From the NCBI RefSeq assembly GCF_001447785.1, contig NW_015164664.1:774274-838273 (forward strand): a stretch of 64,000 bases of DNA. The letters run 5' to 3'. Below are positions 26,276 to 40,654 of this stretch, piece after piece. How positions within the stretch are numbered: the stretch's first letter is position 1; every line of letters begins with the position of its first letter. The DNA comes from Gekko japonicus (taxonomy: Eukaryota). Under the pieces are notes generated by a model. It saw nothing but the letters and a program-made list of their open reading frames with translations. It was not told the origin of the DNA and made no database searches. The translations under genes were made by a program, and so were the position numbers.

Positions 26276-29200
26276 TTTATGCCCTCAATTATAATTCTGC
26301 TTCCAGCTGATTTTGGAAGAGAATTGGCACCGGTTGTTAAAAGAACCTATTGTAGAAAGGTCACAGAGCCAATTTGCAGCCATACCAGGAGACGTGGCAG
26401 CATTAACAGTTCTTACAATTATTAATGCAGAGCCTAAAAAAATCTGTGTATTTCATTTATTTCTAAAACCTAGAGGTCACATATAAAGCTGTCTTATACC
26501 GAGTCTGACTAATGGCCTGTCTTGCTTAGAATGTTCTATTTCAACTAAGGGTGGCTCTTCAGGGCCTCAGGCAGACAGTGGCCTTTCAAAGAACTGGCTA
26601 CTTGAGATCCTCTATTTGGAGGTGCCAGAGATTGAACTTGGGGGGCTTTATACACAAAGCAGGTGCTCTGCCACAGGTCTTCTTAAAGTAACATTATCAT
26701 AATGTTACCATCTGAATCTTTAATGTGTTCTGAAACCCTTGAGTTTCAAGTAACAGCTTGTCAAATAGGGGTGTTTACTTGAACTTGTAAGGAGCAGCTT
26801 CTGTGGCCAAGCAGATAGTGTTATGGGAACAGAGTAGCAAGGAATTCCTGTAGACCCCTTTTGCTGCTCTAGCTTGGGACACATCACACAGAGGTCCTTT
26901 GCCCACCTCCATATGTGATGCAATATTTCTTGTGCAAAAGTGTCTGTGTGCGTGTGTACGTGTGTGTGATGCAATATTTCTTGTGCAAAAGTGTCGGTGT
27001 GTGTGTGAGTGAGTGAGTGAACCAATTACTGCAGGGGTCTGTGTGCCATTCATTCTTTGTTTGCATGAGGATGAAAGATTATACGTTTCACTTCATGGTC
27101 GTCTTGGCCTGATGGCAAAACAAACAGTGCTGGAGGGGCCTTCTGCTCGCTGGAAAACCTTGCAGACTTTTGACAGATTGGGTGTGTGTGTGTGTGCAGT
27201 TAACTTACTCAGCACCTACAAAATTGCCTGCAGCAAGGAGGCAAGGGCAGGTGGGAAGGGGCGAACCCTGTCTAGCCATCTTTTCTGTGGCATGAGGCAT
27301 CCATGAAGGAAGCAAAGGGTGGGTTGACAGCAGGGAGAGCATCTATGTGCCTGCTGAGGAGCCTTTGAGGTAGTAAAGCAGAAACAACTGTCCTACAGGG
27401 CAGGGGTTAAACCCCTTCCCTTGCTAGAAAGCATTGGACCCAAGAGGGGGAAAGAATGAAGCAGTGGCTAAACGTGTTTGTTTGTTTTTTAAATGTGGGG
27501 ATGACTTGAACTAGGGATGCCAGTCTCCAAGTGGGACCTGGGGATTCCCCGAAATTGCTGATAGCCTCCAGACTATGGTGATCAGTTCCCCTGGAGAAAA
27601 TGGATGTTTTGGATGGTAGACTCTATGGCATTGTACCCCACTAAGGTCCCTGTCCTCCCCAGGTTCCATTCCCACATCTCCAGGTGTTTCCCAACCTGGA
27701 TCTGGGAGCCCTACTCCCCATCCCCTGCCAGTGGCCAAGGGGACCAAGCACCACCTCAAGGAGTGGTGAAATAAACCAGGGTTTGTCCAAGAACAGGCGA
27801 TGAATCCAGTTCTATTTCTGGATTTACAAGGCCTAAGGGCCCTAACTGCAAATATTCAGCAACCATTTTACAACAACCAATCCCTGCTTCTTCTTCCCAA
27901 ACTCTACTGGAAGGTAGATGGCCTCTCCTCCACACATTAACTTTTTGTTTGTTGTATAAAAACTGTATAATACTCCTGTGACAGTCCATAGATGCTGTAA
28001 CTGAATCTGAGAACCTGGAGTGACATGGGATTCAAATGGAATTCTTCAGTTGAGCGAGTCAGTTAAAACTGACAGTTAAGAAATGACAGTTGACTGGGAA
28101 GGAAGGCTAAGGGAGTGGAAGGATCAAGAATGATCCCCATTCAAGCCTGAGGGAAATAGTTCCTAGTAAGGGGGGGGGGGCTGATCCCTATCCAGTCTGC
28201 AGGAGGGGATCAAGAAGGATCCTGAGTTAGGGAAGTGAGAAGCTTAGCCCATCCCTAAGAAGCCTGAGCTCTTAAAAGAAGGGGGGTGATCCTTAGCTAG
28301 TGGATAAGGAAGGAAATTGGAACTTGTTTGAAAGTTCCTGACTTCAGCAGCTTAAGTGTCTGTAAGACAAATGGTTATTTGTGAACTACCATCAGCCTCT
28401 CGTGTGCCATTTTCAAAACAGGACATAAAAAGGATTTTAGTCTCTCCCCACAGTTCCTTCGGCTGGGTCAGCATATATCTAAATATATTCAAATGACTGG
28501 GTAGGACAGCCAGAGAAAAACAAAGCAGAAAAGGAAATAGGGGCTCCTTAGCCAGGAAGAAGAGAAGGGGAAATCCTGTGAAGAAAGGCAAAATTGTCAT
28601 AACTCTTTACCACAAAAATCAAGATCGCATCTCTCGGGTGCTCTTAGATCTAGCTCCAGGCATCTGCAGTATCTACTTCCACCTTTAGTTGCTTTACTGG
28701 CTGCATCCAGTCCTGGAAAGGAATGATATTATCACAGTCACTCATGCTCTAGTAATGCTTAGGCTTTGTATTATTTGTACTATTATACAGGATATCCTTG
28801 AAGTCATCAGAAATTTCAGTTGATTTATGGTGTAATTCTAAGCAAAGTTGTGCCATTCTAAGCTAGGGTTGCCAGCCATTACCAGAAGTGTTGTCACATC
28901 ACCAGCATGATGCTCTGGGATTGTCAAGTCTGCATTGTATTGGCAATGTGGTGTCACTTATGGGACTTTGCCAGAAGTCGTGTCATGCTGTTGGTGCAAA
29001 GCCACCCATCCTGCAATTTTTCCACCTGCTGTTCAGCCAAGTGGTGGCAGGCAGCAGAGAAGGCTTCCAAGAGGTCTTCTGCTGAAGCTGGAGACTGGGT
29101 CTCCCTATTCAGATTGACTCTGCTTAAGATGGCACATCTCTTTTTTAAAAACTCTGTAGGCTCCCAGGTTGTTTCCGGGCAGCCTTGAAAGTTCAGATGT

Positions 29201-30648
29201 TGACCTCTAAAGTTATAAAGAGGCTGGAACCAGGCACCCAAAGGGCTGCTCCCTCCTGTATGAAACTGCCTAGCTGTGGAGGTCAGCTTTGGAGTTTCTC
29301 TTCAGCTTTCTTCTGTAACTAGTTAGAGGGTGACAAAGGAGGGGACGTTTTATATGGTTGTACTGCACACTTGGTTTTTCTGGTTTAGGAACCAAGCAAC
29401 CTTTGTCTTATATTGTTCATCTGGTGCTTGTACTGTAGAAGCTACTGTGTTCAGTTTTGTTCTTTTCCTTTCCTGTTACCCATCTCGCAATCCATCTGGC
29501 TATTATGCTCCTCCTGACCTGATTTTAAGTATCTCTTTAGTTTGATAACTGGTGTTTTAAAGTTTTTAATGGATTGTAATGTTTTGTTTTATTGGTGATT
29601 TGTGAGGTGCCTTTGATCTAATGCTTAAAAATACAACTTAAAAACACAAAGCAATGGCAATAAAAACTCATACTTAATGAAATGATTAACAGTTTAATAA
29701 TAGTAACATCACAGCTAGAAATCCAAACCTGTGTTCATACACAACCACCCTCAGTATGAAGCCAGGGAAAGAAGGAACAGGTTCACCGGACACCTAAAAA
29801 ACTAACAAGGCTCTATGCCAAGAGAATCTCCACCGGGAGGGAGCTCCATATTGGAGACCTGTTAGGCTGTTGTGACTGGAATGAAACGGAATGTTGGTGA
29901 CCCGGGAAGTGATTCAGAAGGAAAGAGCCACTGAAGGGCCACAAAGGAGATGCCTGTTAGCTTTTCAAAGAGGGGGGCAAAATGAGGATTTCCATGTACC
30001 CTCAAAGGGTAATTCCCCTCTATGTGGAAATGGGTGCCTCTGTTGTCTGGGGAGGAAGAATTTTGTTAACTCCCTTACAGGAAAGGATGTATGCATTCAG
30101 GAGATGTCTGGAGTTGTTGAAAATATGCAGATCTGTTTTAGGTGGTACCAAGAGCAAAAGCTAACAGAGGCATTTTCCAGATTGCCCTAATGTTCCGTTT
30201 TAACTCCACAGTGTTACTGGTTTTTTTCTCTTGTGTCCAGGCAACTTTGTTAACATCCTCATGCTGTTCCAGTCTTCCTTTGTTTCCCCCTGCCCCCATC
30301 CTTTCCTAAACTAGTTTTTCCCATACCCCCCCCCCCCCCCCAGTGTGGAATGAATTCACAAGATAGCCTCCTACTTGGAATTGGAACATTCCCCCTCCCC
30401 CACCTCATGGATTGCCACCCACAACCGGCCCAGAAAGATTCTCATATTTGCTTGCCCCCGTCCCCCCCTGCCCACAAAGCAACTGGCAGTCTGAAAAAGG
30501 ACCAATTAACATACGCTGTCTTCTTGTTTGAAATGTTATTAATGTTTTAATAGTTTTATCTTGATGTTTTTATAAATGATATACGTTGCTTAGAGCCCTG
30601 CATTGCAGGGATTGGGCGATTAACAAATTTAATATATAAATAAATTAA

Positions 30649-30939
30649 CAGGGCTCTTTTTGTAGAAAAAGTCCAGCAGGAACTCATTAGCATAATAGGC
30701 CACACCCAACAGCAGAAACTCATTAGCATATTGGGCCACAACCCTGACAGCACAGCTCATTAGCACATTAGGCCGCACCCCCATGTTACCAGAAGTGTGG
30801 TCATCCAGCCACACCCACCTTTTGCTTCTTATTCTGTTTACCTTGTCTGTTGTCAAAGTTCCAGGGCTTTTTTTGTAGCAGGGACTCCTTTGCATGTTAG
30901 GCCACATTCCCCTACTATTCCTGCCCAAAAATAGCCCTG
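30649..30939 (+). mobile_element. hAT-like MITE, CAGGGCT family (composite)
   Basis: Shared termini and internal ctcattagcat repeats with 14324-14716. Confidence 0.75.
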
Positions 30940-33621
30940 AATAAATAAAAAATCCACTCTGGGTGTTAAATACACTCAGTACGCCACTGGAGCTGAGTAC
31001 CTAATGCAAGTCAGGTAAAGGAATTCAAAATTTTTGGTGGGGAGCCAATCAGAGAGACTGCTCAAATGTGGGAAAAGAGGCAACTGATAAAGGGTGAGAT
31101 ATGTACAACAGGAACGACCCTTGGTTGTAGTGTGATGGTCAGGGAATGTACCTTAACGGGTGTTGCGCAACCCCTTGAGGTTGCTGAAATGCAATGCTTC
31201 AGCACATGCACAACACCTCCCCCAGGAAAAAACTAGAAAATCAGAAAAATGACAGGGGAAATAAATCATGTAAGTGTGAACTGATAGCCCCAATAGCGTG
31301 ACACCCATGAAACACCGAAAGGTGGCTGCAGTCTGGAAAATGCCAGAGATGCCTTAGGTGAACTGATGTCTTTCTTTCTGGAATGCAGCTCTGAGGGAAC
31401 AAAGGATGACTCTCCATATCTGCCCGCCCCATGTCAGGGAAAGAAAAATAGCTTGAGAGGGACTCTGGAGTGGCTGTTCACCAGTTCAAGGAAGTTCTAA
31501 TGTAATGCAGGCCTGAAGAAATGTCTTAATAAACGTTCACCTGAGAGGAGGAACAATGTGGCAGGGGATAAACATGGTATTTTCCATTTTGATAATAGGA
31601 AATACTGTTCATGTAGGAATTGTTTTGCCTGAAAAGGATTTTTTTTTTTTGCATGAGGGCAAGAACATTCATTGGGTTGGGGAACCAATTGCAATGACCT
31701 GAAGTACTTGACTGGATGAGAAGAAATACTTTTGGAAATAGCTAACCACGAATAATCTCATATGGTTTTTAACTTCTCTGTCTGTCCATTTATCTTCTTT
31801 TCCAAGAAGAACTCTAAGCATGGCTAAAGACTTGTCTAGGGCACAGACCTTTTTTAAGGGTGGTGGTAGTTGATACAAATTTGGCTGTCTTGTTCACTGT
31901 GAAAGAACTTCCAGGGACCTTCATAATGACTGGAGGATATTCTTCCTAATGATCTGGAAACCAGGCTCAAAAAGCTAGAGCAGGGATAACCAAAGTGGTG
32001 TCCGTGGGAACCAGGGCATCCACCAACACCTTTTCCAGTGCCCATCAATGTTTTTTGAAAGTGGGTGGGAGCCCAGTGGGTCTTTTGCTCAGCAAGGCTT
32101 CTGATTGGTCATTAGAGATTTGATTGGCTGTGCAGATGTTTAAAAACACTGCTTTGGCAGCAGCTGCCACCACAGCACAAAGTTCTTCACTGTGTGACTG
32201 AAGGTGAGCTGCTGCAGCTATTGTGTGACTGCGCCTCTTGTGAACCCCTGAGCTGGAGGGAGGGGCAGAGAAACAGCTTGAAATCATATTTGTGGTTTGA
32301 TTTTAGAAAAAATGGTGCAGAGTCAGGCAGTTTAGAGCTGTGTGTGTTGGCTGAAGGTGAGGAACTTTGGGGTCCTCGGGATCTCTTTGATAACCTGATA
32401 CTGGGAAAAGCTGATGCTTCAGGAATGCAAAAAATTGCTTCCACTGTTTTCTGCTTGTATAGCTGTAAATAAAGCAAAACTCAAAGGTACCCCAAGTCTC
32501 AAGGGCTCTGTCTCAACAAAAGGAAACAGGTCCCTGTAGCATTACTCTTGGAACTTTTCGTTGCTCGTGGAAATGTGTGATGAGAAACAGTGTGGGTCTT
32601 TGTGCCTTATATTTTTTTTAAGTATTATGCTAAACTTTCTCCCCATAGCTGTAAATATCTCTGTCCTCAAACCTGCAAACCAAAATGAGGAAGGATCAAA
32701 GGCTTGATCACTAAAAATGGTGTTCTACGGGAACTGGCATCTACCCTTAGGTGGTGTGTTCCATTCCATGTCAATGGCCATATGGCTTCTGGAGTACATG
32801 GACAGAAGAAGAAGAAGAGGTGGTGGCAGCTACAAGCATGGGCAGCTACAAGCATGGACAGCTGCAAGAGGAAACTGGATAAACACATGGAGCAGAGGTT
32901 CATCAGTGGCTATTAGCCACAAGGTATAGATAGGAACTCTCAGGCTGGGGCAAGTGATGCTCTGTATTCTTGGTGCTTGGGGTGGGGGGCGCGAGTGAGA
33001 TGGCATGCAATATGAAGGTGGATAGAAGGACATAAGTACATCATGATAAAGTTTGAGTCCGGTGGCACCTTCGAGACCAACAAAGTTTTAGTCAAGGTAC
33101 ACTTCTTCAGATACAAAGATAACAGAGAAGAGGAGGAGGATGATTTATACCCTGCCCTTCACTCAGAGTCTCAGAGTGGCTTACAATCACCTTCATGAGG
33201 GGCTCTGTACAGAACCAGCTACTGAACAGAAGCTGGTTTTGAAAAATAAAGTCGGTATAGATGCAGAGGCAGAATTTTAAAAATTGAAGTGACCTTAAAA
33301 CACCAATCAGGGTTGCCAGCTGGCAGGTGGGACTTTGAAATCTCCCAGAATTACAACTGATCTCCAGACTGCAGGTAACTGTTTCCCTGGAAGAAATGGC
33401 TGTTTTGGAGGGTGGACTGTATGGCTTCATACCCCTCTGAAGTCCCTCCCTTCCCAAAATTCTGCCCTCCCAAGGCTCCACCCCAAATATCCTGGAATTT
33501 TTCAGCCTGCAGTTGACAATCCCAACTACCATACTGACCCAGAGTCATATCCACCAGACTTGGCCTTAGATGTTTCTGGGTCATTTCATACAGTTCTTGA
33601 GTGTGGACCTATGGTGAGAGG

Positions 33622-33999
33622 CAGGGCTTTTTTCATAGAAAAAGCCCAGCAGGAACTCATTAGCATAATAGGCCACATCCAACAGCAGAAGCTCATTAGC
33701 ATATTAGGCCACAGCCCATGCTTTCCCTTGGCTTGCTCGGGCAAGCCCCCCCCCTTGAAGGGAAGGCTGCGGGGAGCCTGGGCAAGCCAGCCCTCGGACA
33801 GGCCGGGGAAGGCATGGGGAGGCATTTAAATGCCTCCCCAATCCTTCCAGGACCCCCCTTGGCCTGCCCGCCTTGGGGTCGCTCTCCAGGCCTTCCCTCT
33901 GTAGCCAGGCACGCAGAGGTTTTGGATGTAGTGGGTGTGGCCCACTCTGAAGCCAGCCGGAACTCCGTTCCTGTGCGTTCCTGCCCAAAAATAGCCCTG
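33622..33999 (+). mobile_element. Non-autonomous hAT-like MITE (CAGGGCT...AGCCCTG family)
   Basis: TIR cagggcttttt / aaaatagccctg; perfect 8-bp TSD gtgagagg; relatives at 14324-14716, 17539-17627 and 30649-30939. Confidence 0.85.
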
Positions 34000-34030
34000 G
34001 TGAGAGGAATGGATAAGGAATGGAGAAACC

Positions 34031-34476
34031 CAGAGGTCATTTCGGGGGGGATCGCGGTGGATCACAGTTCCCCCAGGTGAGGTACGGGGGGGTGGGGCAC
34101 ATGACAAAGCCCTGCCCCCTGCTTCCGGCCGCCCCGCTTCCGGCCCTCATTCAGCCAGGAGGAAGCAGGAGAAGAGGGAGGGTAAGTTGCTTCCTCCCTG
34201 CCTCTCCCCACCCCTGCCTGCCTGGGGCCAGGGAGGGCCTTCGCGAGGCTTCCTGTCCACCGCCGGGCCCCTCATGGGGCTCGGCAGTGGAGCTGCAAGG
34301 CCGGTGGCGGTGGCCGGGACCGTTGGGGGCGGTGTGTGTGGCCTTATGACACTCTTCCGGTGATGTCAGGGGGTGTGGCCTTTTGACACACTTCCGGTGA
34401 TGTCAGGGTGTGTGGCATATGCTAATGAGTTATGCTAATGAGTTTCCCTAGCTCTTTTTCTACGAAACGACCCCTG
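34031..34476 (-). mobile_element. Non-autonomous hAT-like MITE
   Basis: TIR cagaggtcatttcg / cgaaacgacccctg; perfect 8-bp TSD gagaaacc. Confidence 0.85.
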
Positions 34477-35673
34477 GAGAAACCTTATGTGGAAGACAAG
34501 AACAAAGGGAAATAGAACTTAGAAACTTAAGGAGCAAGTGAAAAGTCAAGTATGCCAAAGTGAAAGATAAGCTTGTTCGAGGAAGATGTTTAATAGAGAA
34601 AGCAGTAAGTATTCTTACCCTTGGTTTGCTATGTAATGTGTGTGAAACCAATAAAAGTCTATTTTTTAAAATGATGTTGCTTCAGCAGTAGGATAGAAAA
34701 GCAACATTTTGATATTTCCCCCCAAATGCCAAAATGTGTGTCCCCCATACAGACTTTTGACAGACATGTTCTAAAAATTCCCAAATGGACAGTTACTTCT
34801 TAAGTACGTGAAAGCTCAAAATTAGATCAGAACAGTGGTGTATGTGAGGAAGGGGTGGGAATCCTTCTCACTGCTCCTTTCCCCAGCCTGAAATGGCCCA
34901 GGCAGCCCCTATTTACCCATTAGGGAAACTTACATTTACCACTGGGTACACTCTAGTGGGGCAAACAGCAGGTCCCTGTTTCAGGATTCAAAAATGACTG
35001 GGGGGGGGGAGATGAGGCTCAAATCTCTTCTCCCTCTGTACTGTGGTCTCACTCAGAATTGCAACCATGTGTGCCTGGAAACCATGTTCCTGTTGAAGAA
35101 CTCCTAGTATACGTATTATCATAAGTCCTCATGGCAGCCAAGTGGTGAACTCAAGGACTTTGTACAGTGTGACTCTGTAGAATTCAGGGGGTTCTCTTCA
35201 TTGACCTTAAATTCACCCCAGAGAGTCTAAGTGGGTAATACAGAGAAGAGAAAAGCAGTTGAAAGGGAAAAATCTAGCACTTGCAAACCAAGCAGACCTC
35301 CAACAAAATCACTGTGATCCTTCTGGTATATAACAGTGTCGACTATTTTAGTATAGTTTACACTTTAAATATCTGTTTTAAGGGTTGCTTCTTTACATGG
35401 CATGTGCAGCTGATCTAGAGATCGAAAATAAACTATCAGTGAATCTGGATCTAAAAGTTAAAAAAAAGTTCCAGTTTTCAAAATTAAAATTTTACTGCTG
35501 GATCTGGTTTGATTTTGAACAGCAAAGTGGGAAAAAAAAGGTAGCGAGCTTTTTTTCTTTTACCAGGAAGCTCATAAGGACATAACAAAAGAGTCCTATG
35601 GTATGACTAATCCATTTATATGAGGAGGAATGTTCTTAGGGAAGCTGAGCTCTTTTAATTCTGAAGCTTTCTC

Positions 35674-36271
35674 TCTTTATATATAAAGCTAATTTTGTGT
35701 GAGTCCTGGAACACGCTGCCACAGGCTTTGGCCAGGAGACCTGTCGATCACAAGGTCTCGCCATCCATTGTTGGTTGCATTGGCAGGGTTTCGCCATCCA
35801 TTGGTGACTGCGTGCCCATGTGTTCTCAATGTCCCACCCACCCTCCCACAGAACCGCTACCCAGCCTTTCCGCCTCAGTAAGCTGCGAGGCGGTGGAGGC
35901 GGCCCGTGCTTCGGCGTCTGAAAGGGCTTGCTGCCCGGTGCCCTGCCTTCTCGCCTCCTTCTCCACCACCCTGGCAGCTCTTCCGGCCTCTGCGGCCCCT
36001 CACTCACTCCGCCTCCATCAGGGCCCGTGGGCCAGCTCTGGCGCGGCCTCTAGGTGGCCTTCTGTCCCGCCGTCGATTGCCTGCGGTGACCAGTGCGCAC
36101 CAGTCCCCGCACTCCTCCGCCCCTCCAGGTGGTTCAGGGGCCACAGGCCGCCTTGCGCTCAGCCGGGGCTCCGGGAGGGGGGGGAACATGCCTCCTCCAT
36201 GACGCCATGCTCACCCAGGCCCTCTGCTAGAAGCTCGTTGCATTTCTGGCCGCAACGGGCCTTCCTCCTAG
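35674..36271 (+). mobile_element. Putative non-autonomous Helitron
   Basis: 5' TCTTTATATATAAAG; 3' hairpin gctcgttgc-N10-gcaacgggc (36233-36260) followed by CTAG|T (36268-36271); no TSD; GC-rich interior. Confidence 0.6.
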
Positions 36272-37770
36272 TTATATAATATAACCAGCAATGACATGTT
36301 TGTACATCTTTGCAAATTACTCAAAGCAAGTCTTTACTTTGCTTGCTATGTACCATGGTCTTTGCGGTCTGAACATTAGATACAGCTATGGACAGTGACG
36401 ATAATTGCACGCCTCATAAAATCTGATTGATGCTCAAGGAAGCCAATATGCTCAATATCTTGGTGAACTTTGGGTACACTCAGCCCAACCCGAAAGTTCT
36501 AAACAACTTAAGCAAGGAAGCAGGAAGTGACATGTCAAATTAAGAAGCACGTCAGTTTCTTCCACTCTAAAAACTGAGCAGGTGGAATCTCAGGAACAGG
36601 AGTGTGTTTCCTGCAAATATGAATGCACAAAGGAGGAACGGCCTCATTAAGCAACATTTCCCAAATACAGTCTGTTGTGCAGTGTTTTAAAGGGAGAGGA
36701 ATACTTGTTGGAGCTCTCCACCAGCTCTCTGCCCTTTCTTGCATCCTCCTCTCCTGAGCCTACTACATGTTTGTAATTCCTATTCTTGCCCTGGGTTTCT
36801 TGCTCTCCCTTCCTGGTGTTTGTCTGTTTTGTGCCCATGGAGTTCTGTCTAACCTGCCAAATAAAAAAACATGAAGGAAGGAGTTAATTATATACATGCT
36901 CGAAAAAGAAATGTTTGAGTTTCTTGGCTAGCATTTCAAAAAAAGAAGATTATTATAAGAAAGAGCAAACACCAAGCAAGAGACAAAAAGGACTGGTAAA
37001 AAGTTCCCATCAAAGGAAATTGGTTAAAGCCAGCATTTCAGATGGGGAAAGGAAAAACAACTCTTCTTCCTGGAATGCCCTTCTTCCCAAATAACACTGA
37101 GATGAGCAGGCAGTATGGGAACAGCTACTTCTCCCCTTACAAATCCAACACGCATTTTCCCAGGTCTTGGCTAGTGTCAGAGAAAGGCAGAATCTGCCTT
37201 AAGGTCCTCTTCACTCTCCATCCCATGAGGTGCCAAACAAGCCCTTCCCCCCCAAAGGGATGCATTTCACTTTGGGAACCACTGGAATAAAATTAACAAG
37301 GATGCTTCCTTAGAGGATGGGATGTACCCTGACTGGGCCCATGTAAGTGCATCAAGCCCTGGCTTTGAGCATTCATCGGAACATAAGAGGAACCCAGCTA
37401 GATCAGACCAATGTTCCATCAAGTTCAGGATCCTCTTTTGCAAAGTGGCCAACTAGCTGCCCCAGAGGGCCAACAAAGGACACAGAGGTGTTGCCTTCTG
37501 ATCAGGCACCTTTACTAACAGGAGTTGATTGCTGACTGCAGGCCTGAGCACAGGGCTCTCTTGTTTGGGATAAGATTTTACAGACAGTACTGTTAGGTAT
37601 TCCCCAGTTCTCTTAAGAAGTGAGATATTCCAGAGAGCAGCACTTCCCTGAACTGGTATTCTTTGGAGAGCACTGAGGGTATTTTGTATTATTTGTGTTA
37701 TTGTGTTAAGTGGAAATCAAGAGATGCTTCTTCAGGGCAGTAAACTCACTACCCTACAGAGGCTCCCGAG

Positions 37771-38080
37771 TGGTCCTTTCCGCACTTGGATCTCATCCCT
37801 GGTTTTATCAGAGTTCAACTCACGACACAATGCCTTTCATTTATCCCTGGTTATAACAGCATCTGCTTATCCCGGGACAAGTGCGGGGTGAAACCGGGGT
37901 GACCTCAGTGTAATGTGGAAACAAAAAATACCCCGAGATAATTACAGGGGTGAACTCAAGTATAGTGTAGAATGTAAAAATACCCTGAGATAATTGCAGG
38001 GGTGAACTCACGTGTAGTGCAGAATATACGTTTGGGAGCACAGTTGAACCAGGATTTAAGGTCTAGTGTGGAAAGGACCA
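37771..38080. mobile_element. Palindromic non-autonomous DNA transposon (possibly PIF/Harbinger-like)
   Basis: TIR tggtcctttccgcact / agtgtggaaaggacca; internal ~60-bp direct repeats (aaaaatacccYgagataattRcaggggtgaactca). Confidence 0.6.
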
Positions 38081-40654
38081 TTGTGCACCCTCAGGGTGCT
38101 TCAACCAATTCACAGCAGCCTCTGCCTGCTTTTCTCTCCCAGAATCCAAACTGTTCTTTCTTCACATAGAGACATGCCTCTCCCCCTCCCTTTGGTTGAG
38201 TGATTGGTTCACTTCCTCCAAACCCTGACTGGAGGCTGGACACACCCATTTCTGAACAATGAAGACCCACTGATATCAACAGTAGTTAGGAAATATTACC
38301 ATTCTTTTGTCATAAGCTCTGGTTTCCCACAGGCATGCTACTCTAGACCAAGCCCATAGAATAGACCAGCTTAGAGGAACCAGACTCCCTAACTCCCAAC
38401 ATCAAGATGGCTCTGAGCACTGCATTCCACCTGAGCCCTTCCAGTTGCTGCAATGACTGATCTTGAGAAATGCAGAGTTCCAGCATTTATGCATCCCTTG
38501 CAGGTGTCTCCCTAGTGTTGTCCCCAGGGGTCATTTCGTAGAAAAAGAGGTGCAGGAGCTTATTAGCATAACTCATTAGCACAACTCATTTCCATATGCC
38601 ACACCCCCTGACATCACCGGAAGTGTGTAAGAAGGCAACACCCACTGCTCAGGCTTCACTGGACTGTTTTGGATTGCTAGCTATTGGGGGGGGGGCGTGC
38701 AGCTCTGTCCTCACAGAGGAGGGAGAGCTTGTACCTGAATAAAACTTGGTCTTAAAGGTGCCACTGGACTGCTTTGGACCGGGGGGTTGGGAGGGCTCTG
38801 CAACTTACCTGGCTGCTTCTTGCTCTGACTGAGGGCTGCTGGGAGCAGGGGGTGGGGCTTGTATGTGCCTGCCCCCTGGGCTCTTTACTGCCGGAGCTCC
38901 ACTCCTGTGCGCTCCTGACCTCCTATAAAATAAACCTTTTCCTTGTTGTACTCTGCCTGGTCCTCACGCCTATTATTTGGCCAAAAGGGATGTCTGAAGG
39001 TCTTGGGAGGGTGCTCTGGGCCTTCTCAAGGGATCCTAAATGCAGAGTGCTGGCAGTGTCAGGTGACACCCCACCTGAGCCTTGACACCAGGCTGTGGAC
39101 TGCATGCAACCTTGCCCTTTTCCTGAGTGTGGAACATCATCAGGAGAGCATGGCTTGGTGCTCATGCTGCTTCAAAAAGGTGTGGCCTAAGTCACACCAG
39201 AAATACCAAGGCTCTATGTTTGTGGCAACTGTGTTCTTATCATTGCTTGTGATATCTGTCCTTTTCTCATTGCAAAGGTTTTGAGGTTAGATTCTGGGGA
39301 AATAGGCCTTTGAAACAGCAACTAGTCTTGTTTTTCTGTGTCAAGTGAGTTGAAACTCCACACCAGGCCAAGACGTCAGGTACAAATAGATATATTCTCA
39401 GGGCAACCCCATCCCCCATTCTAGGCAAAGGCTCACTGTTTCCATATGCTTAATTTGAGCTTTTGAATAATTGGGGGCAATGCCAACAACAAGAAGAGTT
39501 ATTTTCCTGGTAATTTGTAGGCCCTTGTTTTGCTTAAGTCTGCTAGATGGGCTGATTTTTCAAAGAAGGCTTTTCATAGGCTGCAGATCTGAAACACTAA
39601 CACTCTCATATATTTAGAGCAATGCTATTTTGGAAGCAAAAGTTGGTACCATGAGAAAACAATCGCTGACATCGAGAGGCAGGTTTTCACATTAAGGGGC
39701 AGTTATATAGTTGTGAGCATTGTCAGGTAGCACTTGTTTCTGTGGTCAAACGTGGCCCGCCCCATTGGCTTGTGGGCAAAACTACTATAAACAGTTCTTG
39801 CTGTTTCTTTCCTGACACTCAACTTCAGCAGTGTAAACAGAAAAGTTTCTGTCCATCTTCCAGTAATCAAATTTTGGGAGAGTTGGAGCAGGCGGGGATA
39901 CAACATGGAGTGCAGGGTTCTATATGGGCCTAAGCACCAAGGCTGTCTTGGCAGCATGGAAAGATGCCGACACAGACATGCCTACTTGATTCCCACCTGT
40001 CTTGGCAGCATGGAAAGATGCCGACGCAAACAGACATGCCTACTTGATTCCCGCTTATACTTTCTCATAAAGGGGTGGTGAATACTGTGCCAAAGTTTCA
40101 TCAGAAATACTGCAGCTAGTTTTGGTCTCATAGTTTCATTTTGTCTTCTTTTTTGTCTAGTACAGTTTGCCAAGATATCTGTAGCTCCTCACCTTGGAGA
40201 CCAAAATAGACCAGCCAAAACAGAAGATGACTTGTTCAGGAAGTGCAGGCCCTCCCATTTACTTGTATGACAAATGGTTTCTGTAATTAAAACCTAAAGT
40301 ACACAGATGATGTCAATACCAAATAGAAAAGTTTGAAAATGTCCGTTGTTGGTAGGTGGTTGGAGGAGAAGATGAATCACGGGCAGTATTCCCTCTAAGT
40401 TGAGTTAGTGTGAGCTAGCTCACAGTTTTCTAGCCTCCAGCTCACACATTTTTGTCTTAGCTCAGGAAGGATGGCTCCAGAGCAAACTAATTTATGCAGT
40501 AGCCAAATTGCTCACTCACAACTTTAATGGCAGTAGCTCACAAAGTAGACTTTTTGCTCACAAGACTCCACAGCTTAGAGGAAGCATTGGTCACAGGTGA
40601 ATGCTCTGGGGAGCACACCATGGTTACCTAGACAACTTAATCTTTGTTCAAGGG

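Noticed and set aside
35636-36279. GC-rich ORFs of 123-194 aa
   Set aside because: Inside the Helitron-like element; Pro/Arg/Ala-rich artefacts.
39942-40052. Short direct repeats (also 22710-22790, 26913-27000, 47231-47270) as CRISPR-like arrays
   Set aside because: Only 2-3 adjacent copies, no regular spacer array, eukaryotic context; simple tandem duplications.
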